DNA of 64,000 nucleotides from Candidatus Omnitrophota bacterium (GTDB lineage Bacteria; Omnitrophota; Gorgyraeia; Tantalellales; Tantalellaceae). This document shows, one piece after another, positions 1 through 9,289 of the stretch (positions are counted from its first letter, which is position 1; every line of letters starts with the position of its first letter). The notes beneath the pieces are model-generated. The model ran no database searches and was not told the origin of the DNA. It worked only from the letters and a program-made list of their open reading frames with translations. The stretch is taken from the NCBI GenBank assembly GCA_014728075.1, contig WJMG01000075.1, positions 4,262 to 68,261 of the forward strand, written 5' to 3'. The position numbers were made by a program, and so were the translations under genes.

Positions 1-37
1 TTTTCCAACACACTGCCACATAAGGCTTTACACAGAA

Positions 38-448
38 TTATCCCGGCTCGTGCATACCGATAAGAGAGTCCAGGGTTATGCTCTTTAACTCCCCGGCTAC
101 CCCCTTCTCAATTTTGTCCAGTTTTTTCTTCAGCTTACATACCTTTAAATAGGGGCATCGCTCCCCTTTAAAGACATGTTCGTTCATCTCAAAAGGCCCC
201 TGGAATATCTCCATTAGCCTGAAAAGGGAGATCTCCCCGGGGGGTACAGCCAGTTTGAAACCTCCCCCTTTCCCTTTTATGGAGACCAATATGCCTTTCT
301 TGTTCAGTATCTGGAGTATCTTCCTGGTAAAAGGCCGCGGGACATCAAGCTTTTCCGTCAGGCTGGTTACAGACACGACGCCTTTCTCCCCGGCTATGCA
401 GCTCAGAGCCCTGATCGCGTAATCCGTATCTCTGGTAAGTAACTTCAT
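38..448 (-). CDS. Rrf2 family transcriptional regulator
   Basis: 136 aa; N-terminal winged HTH (TDYAIRAL...) and GGGF motif typical of Rrf2/IscR-like regulators; distal gene of ndh-doxX operon. Confidence 0.8.
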   Translation of the reverse strand: MKLLTRDTDYAIRALSCIAGEKGVVSVTSLTEKLDVPRPFTRKILQILNKKGILVSIKGKGGGFKLAVPPGEISLFRLMEIFQGPFEMNEHVFKGERCPYLKVCKLKKKLDKIEKGVAGELKSITLDSLIGMHEPG

Positions 449-462
449 GTGAACGGCCCGTG

Positions 463-891
463 TTAAAGTTTATCAAAAAGTGAGATCTTCCCCGCCCCGG
501 TAAATATAACGGCAACACAGCAGGCCAGGATCAAAAGCGGGTACTCAAAACCATTATTCGCCATAAAAAGACCGTTCCAGTGCACTTTGAATATCGCTAC
601 GGCCATAACGGAACCTATGAAAAAAGCGCTCAGCCTGGGAAGCACGCCCAGGACCAGCAAAGCTCCTCCGACGGTTTCGGATAAGCCCACTATCCACGCC
701 CAGACCACCGGGGGTTGGAACCCCAGGCTCTTTACAAAGCCCGAAAACCCTTCTATACCGGGACCTCCCCATAATCCCAGGACCTTCTGCAGCCCGTGAG
801 CGGCAATTATGATCCCCAGCGTGAGCCTTAAAATAAAAATACCGGCGTCAACAGGTTTAATGTCAGACATTGTCCCCTCCTTGTTCGGCAT
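463..891 (-). CDS. DoxX family membrane protein
   Basis: 142 aa, 4 predicted TM helices, DoxX-like hydrophobic pattern (GLQKVLG...GGALLVLG). Confidence 0.7.
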   Translation of the reverse strand: MPNKEGTMSDIKPVDAGIFILRLTLGIIIAAHGLQKVLGLWGGPGIEGFSGFVKSLGFQPPVVWAWIVGLSETVGGALLVLGVLPRLSAFFIGSVMAVAIFKVHWNGLFMANNGFEYPLLILACCVAVIFTGAGKISLFDKL

Positions 892-2074
892 GTTTTTTCT
901 TAAAGAGATAACCGCACCAGTCTCTTATTATATCTATTTTACAGGTAAAAGGCGCTCTGTAAATACTTACCGCGTAATGAAGAGCGTATCCCGCGGGCCC
1001 GGCTACGGGTACCCCCATCACCAGGCCGGGCGCTTTACCCGTGGCGAACGGCACCAGATATCCAAGATCGGCCGCTTTATAAGGCCTCATACGCTTTGCC
1101 TTTAAGGAATTTACAAGGTTGGCGGCGGCGGTCCTTCCCTGACCCATGGCGAACATAACGGCCAGACGCAAAGGTTTGGACCTTCCCTGAGAGAAGAACG
1201 CCGCGCTGTCCCCGGCAATGAATATATTGCCGGATTCCTCTCCCGCGGAATAAGGCCTCAAAAAGGAGTTTACCTTTATCCTGGACTTTTCCTGGTCAAG
1301 GCCAAAATTATCCACGGCTTCAGAGGAGCGTACACCGGCGGACCACACACACATGCAGTTCTCTATGCGGCTCCCGTCCTCCAATACTGCCGCGCCTTCA
1401 TCCACATCCGAAAGCCCGGAATCCGTCATTATTTCCAGCCCGATCCTTTCAAGTTCCTTACGGGCGCTGCGCCGTATCCAGGCGGGGGTCATGGAAAGTA
1501 TTTCCGGGGCCTTTTCGAGAAGCACGATCCTGAAAGGCTTCCCGGCGCGAACGAGCAAATGATATATATTGGTAGCGGCTTCGATCCCCGTATAACCGCC
1601 TCCCGCTACCGCTACATTGACTTTCGGAAAAGCCCGGCACCTTCGAAGAACTTCGCCCTTTATACGCTCGGCATCGGCACAACTGTAAAGTTTAAAGCAT
1701 TTATCCCTGATCTTCCGCTGCCCGAAAAAGTTCGTCTCCGCCCCGGTACAAACGGCAAGCTTTTCATATCCGAAGTCTCCTTCGGATGTCACGATCTTCC
1801 GGGACCGGACATCAGACGCTTTTACTTCCGCGCGCAAAAAATCCGCGCCTGTATTTCTGCACAGCCCTCTCAGTGAATAGCTAAGGCCGGAGGCGGAAAC
1901 CCTTCCGCTTATGATGTCGGGGAGCAGGGGAAGAAACTCGAAATTTTCCTTTCGGTCCACGAGAAGGACATCTCCTTCGGAAAGTACTCCTTTCCCGAAG
2001 CGGGAAAGATGCCTTAAAACGCTCACGCCCGCGAACCCTCCTCCCAGAACTATTATTTTATAATTTCGCCTCAT
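863..2074 (-). CDS. ndh: type II NADH:quinone oxidoreductase / FAD-dependent pyridine nucleotide-disulfide oxidoreductase
   Basis: N-terminal Rossmann motif KIIVLGGGFAG and second GG motif VAVAGGGYTGIE. Start set at MRRNYK (ATG 2074) rather than the track start 2107. Confidence 0.75.
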   Translation of the reverse strand: MRRNYKIIVLGGGFAGVSVLRHLSRFGKGVLSEGDVLLVDRKENFEFLPLLPDIISGRVSASGLSYSLRGLCRNTGADFLRAEVKASDVRSRKIVTSEGDFGYEKLAVCTGAETNFFGQRKIRDKCFKLYSCADAERIKGEVLRRCRAFPKVNVAVAGGGYTGIEAATNIYHLLVRAGKPFRIVLLEKAPEILSMTPAWIRRSARKELERIGLEIMTDSGLSDVDEGAAVLEDGSRIENCMCVWSAGVRSSEAVDNFGLDQEKSRIKVNSFLRPYSAGEESGNIFIAGDSAAFFSQGRSKPLRLAVMFAMGQGRTAAANLVNSLKAKRMRPYKAADLGYLVPFATGKAPGLVMGVPVAGPAGYALHYAVSIYRAPFTCKIDIIRDWCGYLFKKKHAEQGGDNV

Positions 2075-2996
2075 GTATTTTCCCCCGCATATATTCCAGA
2101 ACTTCAACCGCCGCGACGGGCAATTTCCCGGTCACGAGCGCCGCCTCGTCCAGAAGCCGTTCGGCACGGTCCAGACATTTAGTCAAAAAACCGTCAGAGA
2201 CCAAAAGCGAAGAAAGCTCTTCCGTTCTTTCTTTTCTAAACGCCGGGTCCCCGGCGTATACGGCGTCAACCATCTCCCTGCTTCCCGCTCCGCCTTCTCT
2301 GGCGAACGCGATGACAGGAAGCGTAACTATCCCGTTCGCCGCGTCCTTGAACGCTTCTTTATCGGTATAGCTGCCCGCCATATCGAGACAGTCATCAAGG
2401 ATCTGATAAGAAGTTCCAAGCAATATCCCGAACTTCTCCGATTCAAGCGCATCCGGCCCGTGCCCGCTTCGCATTATCGAAGCCACCTTGCACGCTCCGC
2501 CGAAAAGCGAACCCGTCTTCAGGCGGATCATTCCCATGTATTCCTCCTCGGTAAGCCCCAGGTCCCATTTCCGTTCCTGCTGGAGGAGTTCGCCCTTTAT
2601 CACTCCGGAAAGGGCCGCGTTGACCTCTTTCCATATCCTTTCGTCCTCGAGGCCGGCCAGCACCGAAAAACCTGTCGAAAAAAGAAGGTCCCCCAGAAGA
2701 ACCCTGGATACCGTATCCGCGCCGTCCGGGCCTGGACGACCTCGTCTTCTCATTGAGGCGTTGTCAATTATGTCATCGTGGACCAGTGTGGCGTAATGGA
2801 ACAGCTCAATTGAAGCCGCCGCCATCATCTCCTGTTCCCCCGCGCCCCCCGCAAACCCGAGAAAAAGACGCGCCCTCAGTTTCTTGCCGTTTCTGATCGC
2901 TTTCAGGAGAAAAGCGGCATCTCTGTCCGTGAGACCTTCCGCGCGCAGGACATCTTCCAGATAAAGATCCAGCCTGTTCAGGAAATTTTCGGACAT
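2058..2996 (-). CDS. polyprenyl diphosphate synthase (trans-isoprenyl diphosphate synthase)
   Basis: First aspartate-rich motif LVHDDIIDNASMRRGRP and second DD motif (ILDDCLD); 312 aa. Confidence 0.85.
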   Translation of the reverse strand: MSENFLNRLDLYLEDVLRAEGLTDRDAAFLLKAIRNGKKLRARLFLGFAGGAGEQEMMAAASIELFHYATLVHDDIIDNASMRRRGRPGPDGADTVSRVLLGDLLFSTGFSVLAGLEDERIWKEVNAALSGVIKGELLQQERKWDLGLTEEEYMGMIRLKTGSLFGGACKVASIMRSGHGPDALESEKFGILLGTSYQILDDCLDMAGSYTDKEAFKDAANGIVTLPVIAFAREGGAGSREMVDAVYAGDPAFRKERTEELSSLLVSDGFLTKCLDRAERLLDEAALVTGKLPVAAVEVLEYMRGKIHEAKL

Positions 2997-3895
2997 GATC
3001 CTCCGAAGAAAAAAGATAAGACTATAACTATACCGGCCGCGGTGTGAAGCCCCACCGTCAATTTACTGGCCTTATTGTATTCCGCGAACCCGCCGGAGAG
3101 ATCCCTTAAAAGAGATGCCGCCCTGTACCCGAGGATAAAAAAAGGCAGACAGACCAGAGCGGACACCGGAAAGAGGCCGTATAATACATTCAGGACGGTA
3201 AAACACGCCGCCATGCCTACAGGAACAATATAAAGGATCCAGGCTTTTCGCCTGCCCGCGGCGGTCATCAGGTTCTTTTTACCGGCCTCCGTGTCGGTCT
3301 TTATGTCCGGCACTTCGTTGCATAATATTACGGCAAGCACCAGAAAACCTATGGGCAATGACACCAGAAACGGCTCCGGCCCCAGCATGCCGGTGAATAT
3401 CAAAAAACTTCCTGCCGAAAGCAGGGGACCGAACAGAAGGAAAATAACGGCTTCCCCTCCCCTTCTGTAAGCCAGTTTTAACGGAGGCGCCGTATATCCG
3501 ACAGCAAGGACGCCTCCCGCGAGCATAAATAAAAGGATCCTGTAATCGAAGACTACAAGGAAAAGAGCCAGTCCTGAGGCAAAAGAGAGCGCCATGAGGA
3601 GCTTCCCCCAGAAAAGCACCCGGCGCGGGCTTGCCTGGCCCCGGGCTATGAGGCCGGACCCGCCGAAAAAGGCGCTTCTTCCCGATCCGATGCCGTCGGC
3701 GCCGCTTTTATGGTCCCAGTAATTATTGATCGCGTTCGCCCCGAGATGAGCGAAAGCCGTGCCCGCCAACCCCAGAAAAAGGACCAGCGGGTAAAGGGCA
3801 TAACCCCTGTAATGAGCGAAACCGGCGCCCGCCAAAAACGGGATAAGGCTGGCCGGCAGGAAATTCGCCCTTGTTATCTTTGGGAATAAAAACAT
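2978..3895 (-). CDS. UbiA family prenyltransferase (MenA-like 1,4-dihydroxy-2-naphthoate polyprenyltransferase)
   Basis: Multi-TM protein with NAINNYWDHKSGAD motif (NxxxDxxxD) of UbiA/MenA. Adjacent to the polyprenyl synthase and ndh, giving a menaquinone context. Confidence 0.7.
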   Translation of the reverse strand: MFLFPKITRANFLPASLIPFLAGAGFAHYRGYALYPLVLFLGLAGTAFAHLGANAINNYWDHKSGADGIGSGRSAFFGGSGLIARGQASPRRVLFWGKLLMALSFASGLALFLVVFDYRILLFMLAGGVLAVGYTAPPLKLAYRRGGEAVIFLLFGPLLSAGSFLIFTGMLGPEPFLVSLPIGFLVLAVILCNEVPDIKTDTEAGKKNLMTAAGRRKAWILYIVPVGMAACFTVLNVLYGLFPVSALVCLPFFILGYRAASLLRDLSGGFAEYNKASKLTVGLHTAAGIVIVLSFFFGGSCPKIS

Positions 3896-3914
3896 ATTTC
3901 GGGGTATTGCCTGC

Positions 3915-4397
3915 TCACAACCCTGTTTCTCTCTGCATATCCACTATATTGTGGCCCCGGTAAACGATCTCCCCCTCGCTGTTAACCGCTATTACCGCGG
4001 GGATACCCCTCACGCGGTAAGCGGAAGCGACCCTGCCGTCGAGATCAAGCGCCATCGGATACTTTATCCCCGTCCTCTCCACGAACGAAGCCACTTTAGC
4101 GGGGCTTTCCTGTATATTCACACCGATGATCCCGACGCTGTCGCCTTTATCGGTGTAATAATCGTTTACTTCCGGGATCTCCCTCACGCAGTAAGGGCAC
4201 CAGCTGGCTCCGAAGACCAGTACCGCGGCTTCTTTTGTCTTCAGGACTTCCGAAAGGGATATTTCGTTCCCGGCGAGGTCCTTAAGAGTGAAGTCAGGCG
4301 CTTTTCCGGCTCCACCCAGCCCCTGTGTATCCGCGGGAGTGCACGCGCTTAGAACGCAGACCGATAATACGGCTATGGTAAAAAGTTTAAGTTTCAT
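3915..4397 (-). CDS. TlpA/ResA-like thiol-disulfide oxidoreductase lipoprotein
   Basis: Lipoprotein signal peptide (LSVCVLSAC) and WCPYC thioredoxin active site. Confidence 0.8.
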   Translation of the reverse strand: MKLKLFTIAVLSVCVLSACTPADTQGLGGAGKAPDFTLKDLAGNEISLSEVLKTKEAAVLVFGASWCPYCVREIPEVNDYYTDKGDSVGIIGVNIQESPAKVASFVERTGIKYPMALDLDGRVASAYRVRGIPAVIAVNSEGEIVYRGHNIVDMQRETGL

Positions 4398-4476
4398 ATA
4401 TCTCCTCCTTTAGGATAAATAAGCCCGTTCCCGGCACTCAAACCCGGACCGGGCCTTAACCCGCCTTGATATCTCA

Positions 4477-5175
4477 TCATAAACTCAGCATTCCGGCTTT
4501 GTAAATATAATATTCCCCGAGTAAAATCAATAACAGGGCGAAAATTTTCTGTACCGCTTTCATCGCTTTCTCCGACCTGGGAAGGGAAGAAACTATCCCC
4601 GCGAAAGTTCCGATAACTATCAGAACAACGCCGAACCCGAGAGCGAAAGTAAAAAGCAGCGAGACCCCCAGAACCGGATTCTGGGTGGTTGCCACAAAAG
4701 CGAGCAAAGCCCCCAGCACCGCCGCGGCGCAGGGAGAGGCCACGAACCCGGAGGCGACACCCATAAAGAACACCGAAAGAGGGTGCCCGCTCTTTCCGGG
4801 CTTTCCGGCCCCCGCTCTTGCCAGCAGCAAAGTGGGAAGCGGGATCACATCAACAAGCGCCAGCGCAAAAAATATCATCACATTACCGACGACCAAATAT
4901 ACCAGGGGGTTGGTCTGGAACTGACCGAAAAGCTTTCCGGTCAAGGCCGCGGCGGCGCCCAGCGCGGAAAATGTGACCGCCATGCCCATGACATAGCTTA
5001 CCGAAAGGATAAAGTTCCTGGCCCTTGAGGAATCCCTGCCGGTACCTATCACGCCTACTATAATGGGTATCAACGGATAGACACATGGAGTGAAAGATGT
5101 GGCGAGGCCGCCGAGAAACACGGCTATGAAAGTGACCGGAGAAGGATTGTTCAGGTAATACGAAATATCCTGCAT
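4477..5175 (-). CDS. ccdA: cytochrome c-type biogenesis protein CcdA (DsbD transmembrane domain)
   Basis: Two conserved Cys in TM helices (FTPCVYPLIP, SPCAAAVL). Start set at MQDISYY (ATG 5175) with a GGAAAGGTGA Shine-Dalgarno sequence. Confidence 0.85.
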   Translation of the reverse strand: MQDISYYLNNPSPVTFIAVFLGGLATSFTPCVYPLIPIIVGVIGTGRDSSRARNFILSVSYVMGMAVTFSALGAAAALTGKLFGQFQTNPLVYLVVGNVMIFFALALVDVIPLPTLLLARAGAGKPGKSGHPLSVFFMGVASGFVASPCAAAVLGALLAFVATTQNPVLGVSLLFTFALGFGVVLIVIGTFAGIVSSLPRSEKAMKAVQKIFALLLILLGEYYIYKAGMLSL

Positions 5176-5231
5176 AAAATCACCTTTCCAAGAAAACACT
5201 CAGGGTTCAGGTACAGGTTCGGTTCCTCATT

Positions 5232-5867
5232 TCACTTGAATATCGTTCCGGTCTGTGCCGACCAGAAAAGTATATCGAGTTCATCCATGGGGATATCTAT
5301 ACTCCTGGAAAAACCCTCCAGTTTTTTTTCCAATTCAAAATAGCATTTCCTCGATATGCATACCGGTCTTTCGTCCACCAGCCCGTAACGGAGCATGTTC
5401 TTTATTATATGGACATCGAGTATAGCCAGGTCACGGCCGAAACCGATATTCCTCAGAAAATGACTGGCTTCCTTGTATCCGATACCCTTGATGTTCCTGA
5501 CAAGCCAGTCCCTGGTAGCCTTTATGTCCTTTTCGTCTATTCTCTCCTTTATGCGTATGTTCCCTTCCCTGGTCAAGCGCTCCCGGGTCTCGAAGATATA
5601 ACCGGCCTTATTGTTGGGGAACCTTACGGCTTTAAGCCCCTCCCGTATATCTTCCCTGCTTCCGGAAAAAAGCGCCCCGCTTTCAGCGAGCCCGGAAACT
5701 GCCCGGTCGCAGTATACCGCTTTGGACTGCGGTGTGCAGATACAGAAACAAAGCTCGGCGAATATATCCCGTTCGTCACCCTGCCACACTCTTTTGAAAT
5801 CTCTGAGCCTTTCCTTTATGGCTTCTTTCTTTTGCGCGTACTGTTCAAGTAGTTCTTTCATCATCAC
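5232..5867 (-). CDS. Ogg2-type 8-oxoguanine DNA glycosylase/AP lyase (HhH-GPD)
   Basis: About 210 aa, helix-hairpin-helix with catalytic Lys (IKGIGYKEASHFLRNIG) followed by Asp. Size and pattern match archaeal/Thermotoga-type Ogg. Confidence 0.6.
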   Translation of the reverse strand: MMMKELLEQYAQKKEAIKERLRDFKRVWQGDERDIFAELCFCICTPQSKAVYCDRAVSGLAESGALFSGSREDIREGLKAVRFPNNKAGYIFETRERLTREGNIRIKERIDEKDIKATRDWLVRNIKGIGYKEASHFLRNIGFGRDLAILDVHIIKNMLRYGLVDERPVCISRKCYFELEKKLEGFSRSIDIPMDELDILFWSAQTGTIFK

Positions 5868-6048
5868 ACATCTTCATGAGCTCGCGGGCGAGCTTCATGT
5901 GACCTTTTTCCTCTTCTGCTATCGAGTAAAGGACCTTTCTTATTTCCGGGTCCTCGACCTGTTCGGCGTAATGCCCGTAGAAGGCCTTCGCCCTCTCCTC
6001 GTGAACGAATATCTCCCTGAAATCCGCGTGCAGCATGTCAATATTCAT
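5845..6048 (-). CDS. ferritin-like (rubrerythrin-family) half-domain protein, C-terminal half
   Basis: 67 aa; resembles the C-terminal two helices of the neighbouring rubrerythrin-like protein (FY...V.DP..R..L.SIAEEEKGH.KLAREL, E-x-x-H metal-ligand motif). The ATG overlaps the stop of the upstream 80-aa ORF. Confidence 0.45.
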   Translation of the reverse strand: MNIDMLHADFREIFVHEERAKAFYGHYAEQVEDPEIRKVLYSIAEEEKGHMKLARELMKMCDDERTT

Positions 6049-6280
6049 TTCTGGGGTCCTTTTCTATATTCTTAATAAGGCCTTCAACTGTCTCCTTATG
6101 CCTGGAGGAATCGTTATAGAGCCGCGTAAGGATCTTCTTCATCTTTTGAGCTTTTTCGGCGGGAACGCCTTCGGCGTGATCCAGTATCCCCTTGGAAAAA
6201 TTCGCCAGTGTCGTGACCATTCCCTCCTCCACATAAACTACCTCGTTAAGACCGGCAAGAAGCCTTTCCCTGGATATCAT
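6038..6280 (-). CDS. ferritin-like half-domain protein, N-terminal half (translationally coupled to trxB)
   Basis: 80 aa from ATG 6280, which overlaps the trxB stop (ATGA). Two predicted helices with acidic residues; together with the 67-aa ORF it is about 147 aa, the size of one ferritin-like domain. Confidence 0.4.
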   Translation of the reverse strand: MISRERLLAGLNEVVYVEEGMVTTLANFSKGILDHAEGVPAEKAQKMKKILTRLYNDSSRHKETVEGLIKNIEKDPRNEY

Positions 6281-7197
6281 GCCCACCCCCTGTTCCTCGC
6301 CAGATAGCTGAAAGCCCCTAAAGCTGCCTTGGCTCCCTCTCCGGCGGCTATTATTATCTGTTTTTCCGGAATATCCGTGACATCTCCGGCCGCGTATATG
6401 CCTTCAACGCTCGTCTCGTTCCGAAAGTTCACTTTTATCTCTCCAGAACCGTTCTTTTCAACGGCGCTTTCGAACTCCGAATTAGGGATAAGGCCTACCT
6501 CGACGAAAACACCTTCTACGGCTAAATCCCGCCTGCCCGCGGGAGTCTGGACGCTTACCCCGCCGACCAGGCCATTACCGGATATCTCCAGTATCGTGCT
6601 GGAGTTCATAACGGTCACCTTATCCGAAGACATCACCTTTTCCCTTATTACCGCGTCACCGCCCGGTTCTTCGGTGTTATTTACAAGATAGACATGGTCC
6701 GCTATCCTTATAAGCTGGAGCGCGGCTTCCAGAGCGGAATTCCCGCCTCCGGCGACAACGACCTTTTTCCCCGCGAAAAGGGGAGCGTCGCAGGTCGCGC
6801 AATAAGTCACTCCCCTGTTACGGAACTCCTTTTCCCCCGGAACGCCCATTTCCCTGGACCTCTTGCCGGAAGCGATAATGACCGTCCTTGCCGCGTAATA
6901 CGCTTCCTCCGTCCCCACCTTCACTACGCCGCCGTCCTTGAGTATGGAAACGGCCTTTTCCCCTTCTCTCATCTCCACGGCGTATTTTTTCATGTGTTCT
7001 TCGAATTTCGCCGCAAGCTCGTTGCCGGTTATGAACTGGTATCCTGCATAGTTCTCTATTTCCCCGCTCCAGGCGGCCTGTCCGCCTATATCAAGAGATA
7101 CTACCAGAAGGTCCATCTTTTTCCTGGCGGCGTATATCGCCGCCGTAATTCCCGCCGGACCGGCGCCTATTATGATAAGGTCGTAAATTTTATCCAT
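6277..7197 (-). CDS. trxB: thioredoxin-disulfide reductase
   Basis: 306 aa, FAD motif IIGAGPAG, redox-active CATCD motif, NADPH-binding GGGNSA. Confidence 0.9.
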   Translation of the reverse strand: MDKIYDLIIIGAGPAGITAAIYAARKKMDLLVVSLDIGGQAAWSGEIENYAGYQFITGNELAAKFEEHMKKYAVEMREGEKAVSILKDGGVVKVGTEEAYYAARTVIIASGKRSREMGVPGEKEFRNRGVTYCATCDAPLFAGKKVVVAGGGNSALEAALQLIRIADHVYLVNNTEEPGGDAVIREKVMSSDKVTVMNSSTILEISGNGLVGGVSVQTPAGRRDLAVEGVFVEVGLIPNSEFESAVEKNGSGEIKVNFRNETSVEGIYAAGDVTDIPEKQIIIAAGEGAKAALGAFSYLARNRGWA

Positions 7198-7430
7198 GGG
7201 ATACGGCCCCGGGCCGTCAGAGGCCCCGCGCTTTCTCTATCCTGGTTTATCGAACCCTGCGATGACCTCGCCCTCAGTGTCGATAACGGGAACTCTTATC
7301 TGCCCGATATCCTGACCACCTCCTCTACGGCGGAGGGGTCATCCCCCACATCCACGGATCCGTATTGGATATTTTTTAGTCAAAATACCTCTTGAATTTC
7401 CCGCAGGACGAACAGACAGAAGTAATGTGT

Positions 7431-7922
7431 TTAACCTTCTTCACGGTCACAACCTCCCTTAAGGGAGCAAAGCCGGCTCAAATGTTCCTTTTCTTCCGAG
7501 ATCAGCCTCTCTACAAGGCCACGGTCGCTCTCCGGGACCATATTTTTCATTTCCTGGTAAAAGAGAATTGAATCTTTCTCGAACCCTATCCCCAGGGTTA
7601 TACCTTCGGCGTAATCGGATACCGACCCCGCTACTTCCGCGCCCTTGCCTTTTCTGGTAAATACATACTGGGAAGCAAGGGCGTTCATGTACGCGAAATA
7701 CTCTTCCGGGTAGGCTTCCCGGGGTTCATAATCACAGGCCCCTTTGAATATCTTTTCAAAAACGGAAATATGCTGTTCTTCAGCTTCGGCGAGTTCCTTA
7801 AAAGCTTTTCTGGCCTCGGGTTCACCGGTCTTGCCGGCGAGGGCCATATAAAACTCCTTTCCGTTCTTCTCTATCTGTATGCCGAGTTCCACTATTTCAC
7901 ACGCGGAAAAACTGTCAGCCAT
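7431..7922 (-). CDS. rubrerythrin-family ferritin-like diiron protein (no rubredoxin domain)
   Basis: 163 aa with two E-x-x-H motifs (AEAEEQH, SEEKEH) in a four-helix-bundle pattern. Confidence 0.7.
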   Translation of the reverse strand: MADSFSACEIVELGIQIEKNGKEFYMALAGKTGEPEARKAFKELAEAEEQHISVFEKIFKGACDYEPREAYPEEYFAYMNALASQYVFTRKGKGAEVAGSVSDYAEGITLGIGFEKDSILFYQEMKNMVPESDRGLVERLISEEKEHLSRLCSLKGGCDREEG

Positions 7923-8024
7923 ATCATCCTCCGGTAATAGCGTTCAGCGGCAGGCGTTAACACGGGCAAATAAAGAAAACAGCGCGGCCTCAACCCGGCG
8001 CTTAACGCCTGACGCTTGACGCCG

Positions 8025-8600
8025 TTAATAATTCTCAGCCAGAACTTCGTAATAAGACTGCGGATGTTTACACGCGGGGCAGACTTTTGGCGCTTCCTCC
8101 GATTCATGCACGAATCCGCAATTGCGGCAATGCCATTTCACGGGCCGGTCCTTTTTGAAGACCTTCTCCTCTTTGACATTTGCCAGAAGGGCCCTGTACC
8201 GGGCTTCGTGTTCCTTCTCCACCTTGGCTATTTCCCTGTAAGTCTCGGCTATCTCGGGGAACCCCTCTTCTTCGGCGTCCTTGGCGAAATTCTGATAAAG
8301 AACGGTCCATTCCTCTTTCTCGCCGTCCGCGGCGGCTTCCAGATTAGCGGCGGTATCCCCGATCACACCTGCCGGATATCCCGCTGTTATCTCCGCCATC
8401 CCGCCTTCAAGGAATTTGAAGAACCTTTTAGCGTGTTCTTTTTCGTTCTCCGCCGTTTCCGCGAATACAGCGGCTATCTGCTCGTAACCGCCCTTTTTTG
8501 CCACGCTGGCGAAATAAGTGTACCTGTTCCTGGCCTGGGATTCCCCGGCGAAAGAAGCCAACAGGTTCTTTTCCGTTTTCGTTCCTTTTACGCTTGCCAT
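8025..8600 (-). CDS. rbr: rubrerythrin
   Basis: 191 aa; N-terminal diiron ferritin-like domain ([10 protein letters not shown]) plus C-terminal rubredoxin-like CxxC...CxxC (CRNCGF...CPACKHP). Confidence 0.95.
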   Translation of the reverse strand: MASVKGTKTEKNLLASFAGESQARNRYTYFASVAKKGGYEQIAAVFAETAENEKEHAKRFFKFLEGGMAEITAGYPAGVIGDTAANLEAAADGEKEEWTVLYQNFAKDAEEEGFPEIAETYREIAKVEKEHEARYRALLANVKEEKVFKKDRPVKWHCRNCGFVHESEEAPKVCPACKHPQSYYEVLAENY

Positions 8601-8791
8601 TTTTCCTCCTTTAATGAGACCACAACTTATGAAACGATAGTGAACATAAGTTGTGCTGTCGAATTAAACCCTTCACCCTTCCCGCATGTACCCGCAGGCT
8701 TTTAAAAGGCGCGGGGCCGCTCTATAACACGGGCCTCCTTTGTTTAGGACCGGAAGCCTGTCACCCGGAACCGGATACCCGGCACCTGGCG

Positions 8792-9217
8792 CTATACGCT
8801 GTTTTTCCACAACATATGGACCGTACAGAACTCCCTTACCTCCGCGATATCGTCTTTAGAGACGCAGCAGAAATGAGCTTCGGGCTTGTCGCCGGGCTTG
8901 AGCTCTTTTCTCAGGACACTGTCCTTTGTAAGTACTTCGATACACTTGATGTAATGTTCGTCGGTCATCGGGTGTTCGGTACTTCCTACCTTGACCTTGA
9001 TACAGACATTGTCCTCCCCGCAGGAATCGCAGGTACAGGTCGCGCTGCCTTCGTCTTCGACAACGGGGACATGCTTTTCCTGACCTTCATCCTCGGTCTT
9101 TGCTTCGAGTTTTTTCATCGGCTGGTCACAGCAGACAAGCGCCGGCTGGCCCTCGTTCACTATCTCAACCACATTTCCGCATACTTCACACCTGTAAAGT
9201 TCTCTTAATTGTGTCAT
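8792..9217 (-). CDS. dfx: desulfoferrodoxin (2Fe superoxide reductase)
   Basis: N-terminal desulforedoxin CEVCGN...CC, then the KHVP neelaredoxin centre-II motif and C-terminal His/Cys ligands. Confidence 0.95.
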   Translation of the reverse strand: MTQLRELYRCEVCGNVVEIVNEGQPALVCCDQPMKKLEAKTEDEGQEKHVPVVEDEGSATCTCDSCGEDNVCIKVKVGSTEHPMTDEHYIKCIEVLTKDSVLRKELKPGDKPEAHFCCVSKDDIAEVREFCTVHMLWKNSV

Positions 9218-9289
9218 TACGCGCCTCCTTATACTCTGGCGTTCAGCGTAAAGAGTACAGAGTATAGTCTGAATACTACACGCTGCACG

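Noticed and set aside
863-2107. Track start of ndh at 2107 (MKFWNICGGKYMRRNYK...)
   Set aside because: The FAD-binding GGGFAG motif immediately follows MRRNYKIIVLGGG, so ATG 2074 is the more plausible start; the extension would overlap the polyprenyl synthase 3' end further.
7198-7430. 233-bp gap between trxB and the rubrerythrin-like gene: checked for a hidden small gene such as thioredoxin, or a tRNA
   Set aside because: Longest minus-strand frame (…VDVGDDPSAVEEVVRISGR) has no ATG start and is preceded by a TGA; no tRNA-like T-loop. Kept as a non-coding promoter region. A GGGGCC/GGCCCC hairpin sits just before the trxB ATG, which lacks a Shine-Dalgarno sequence.
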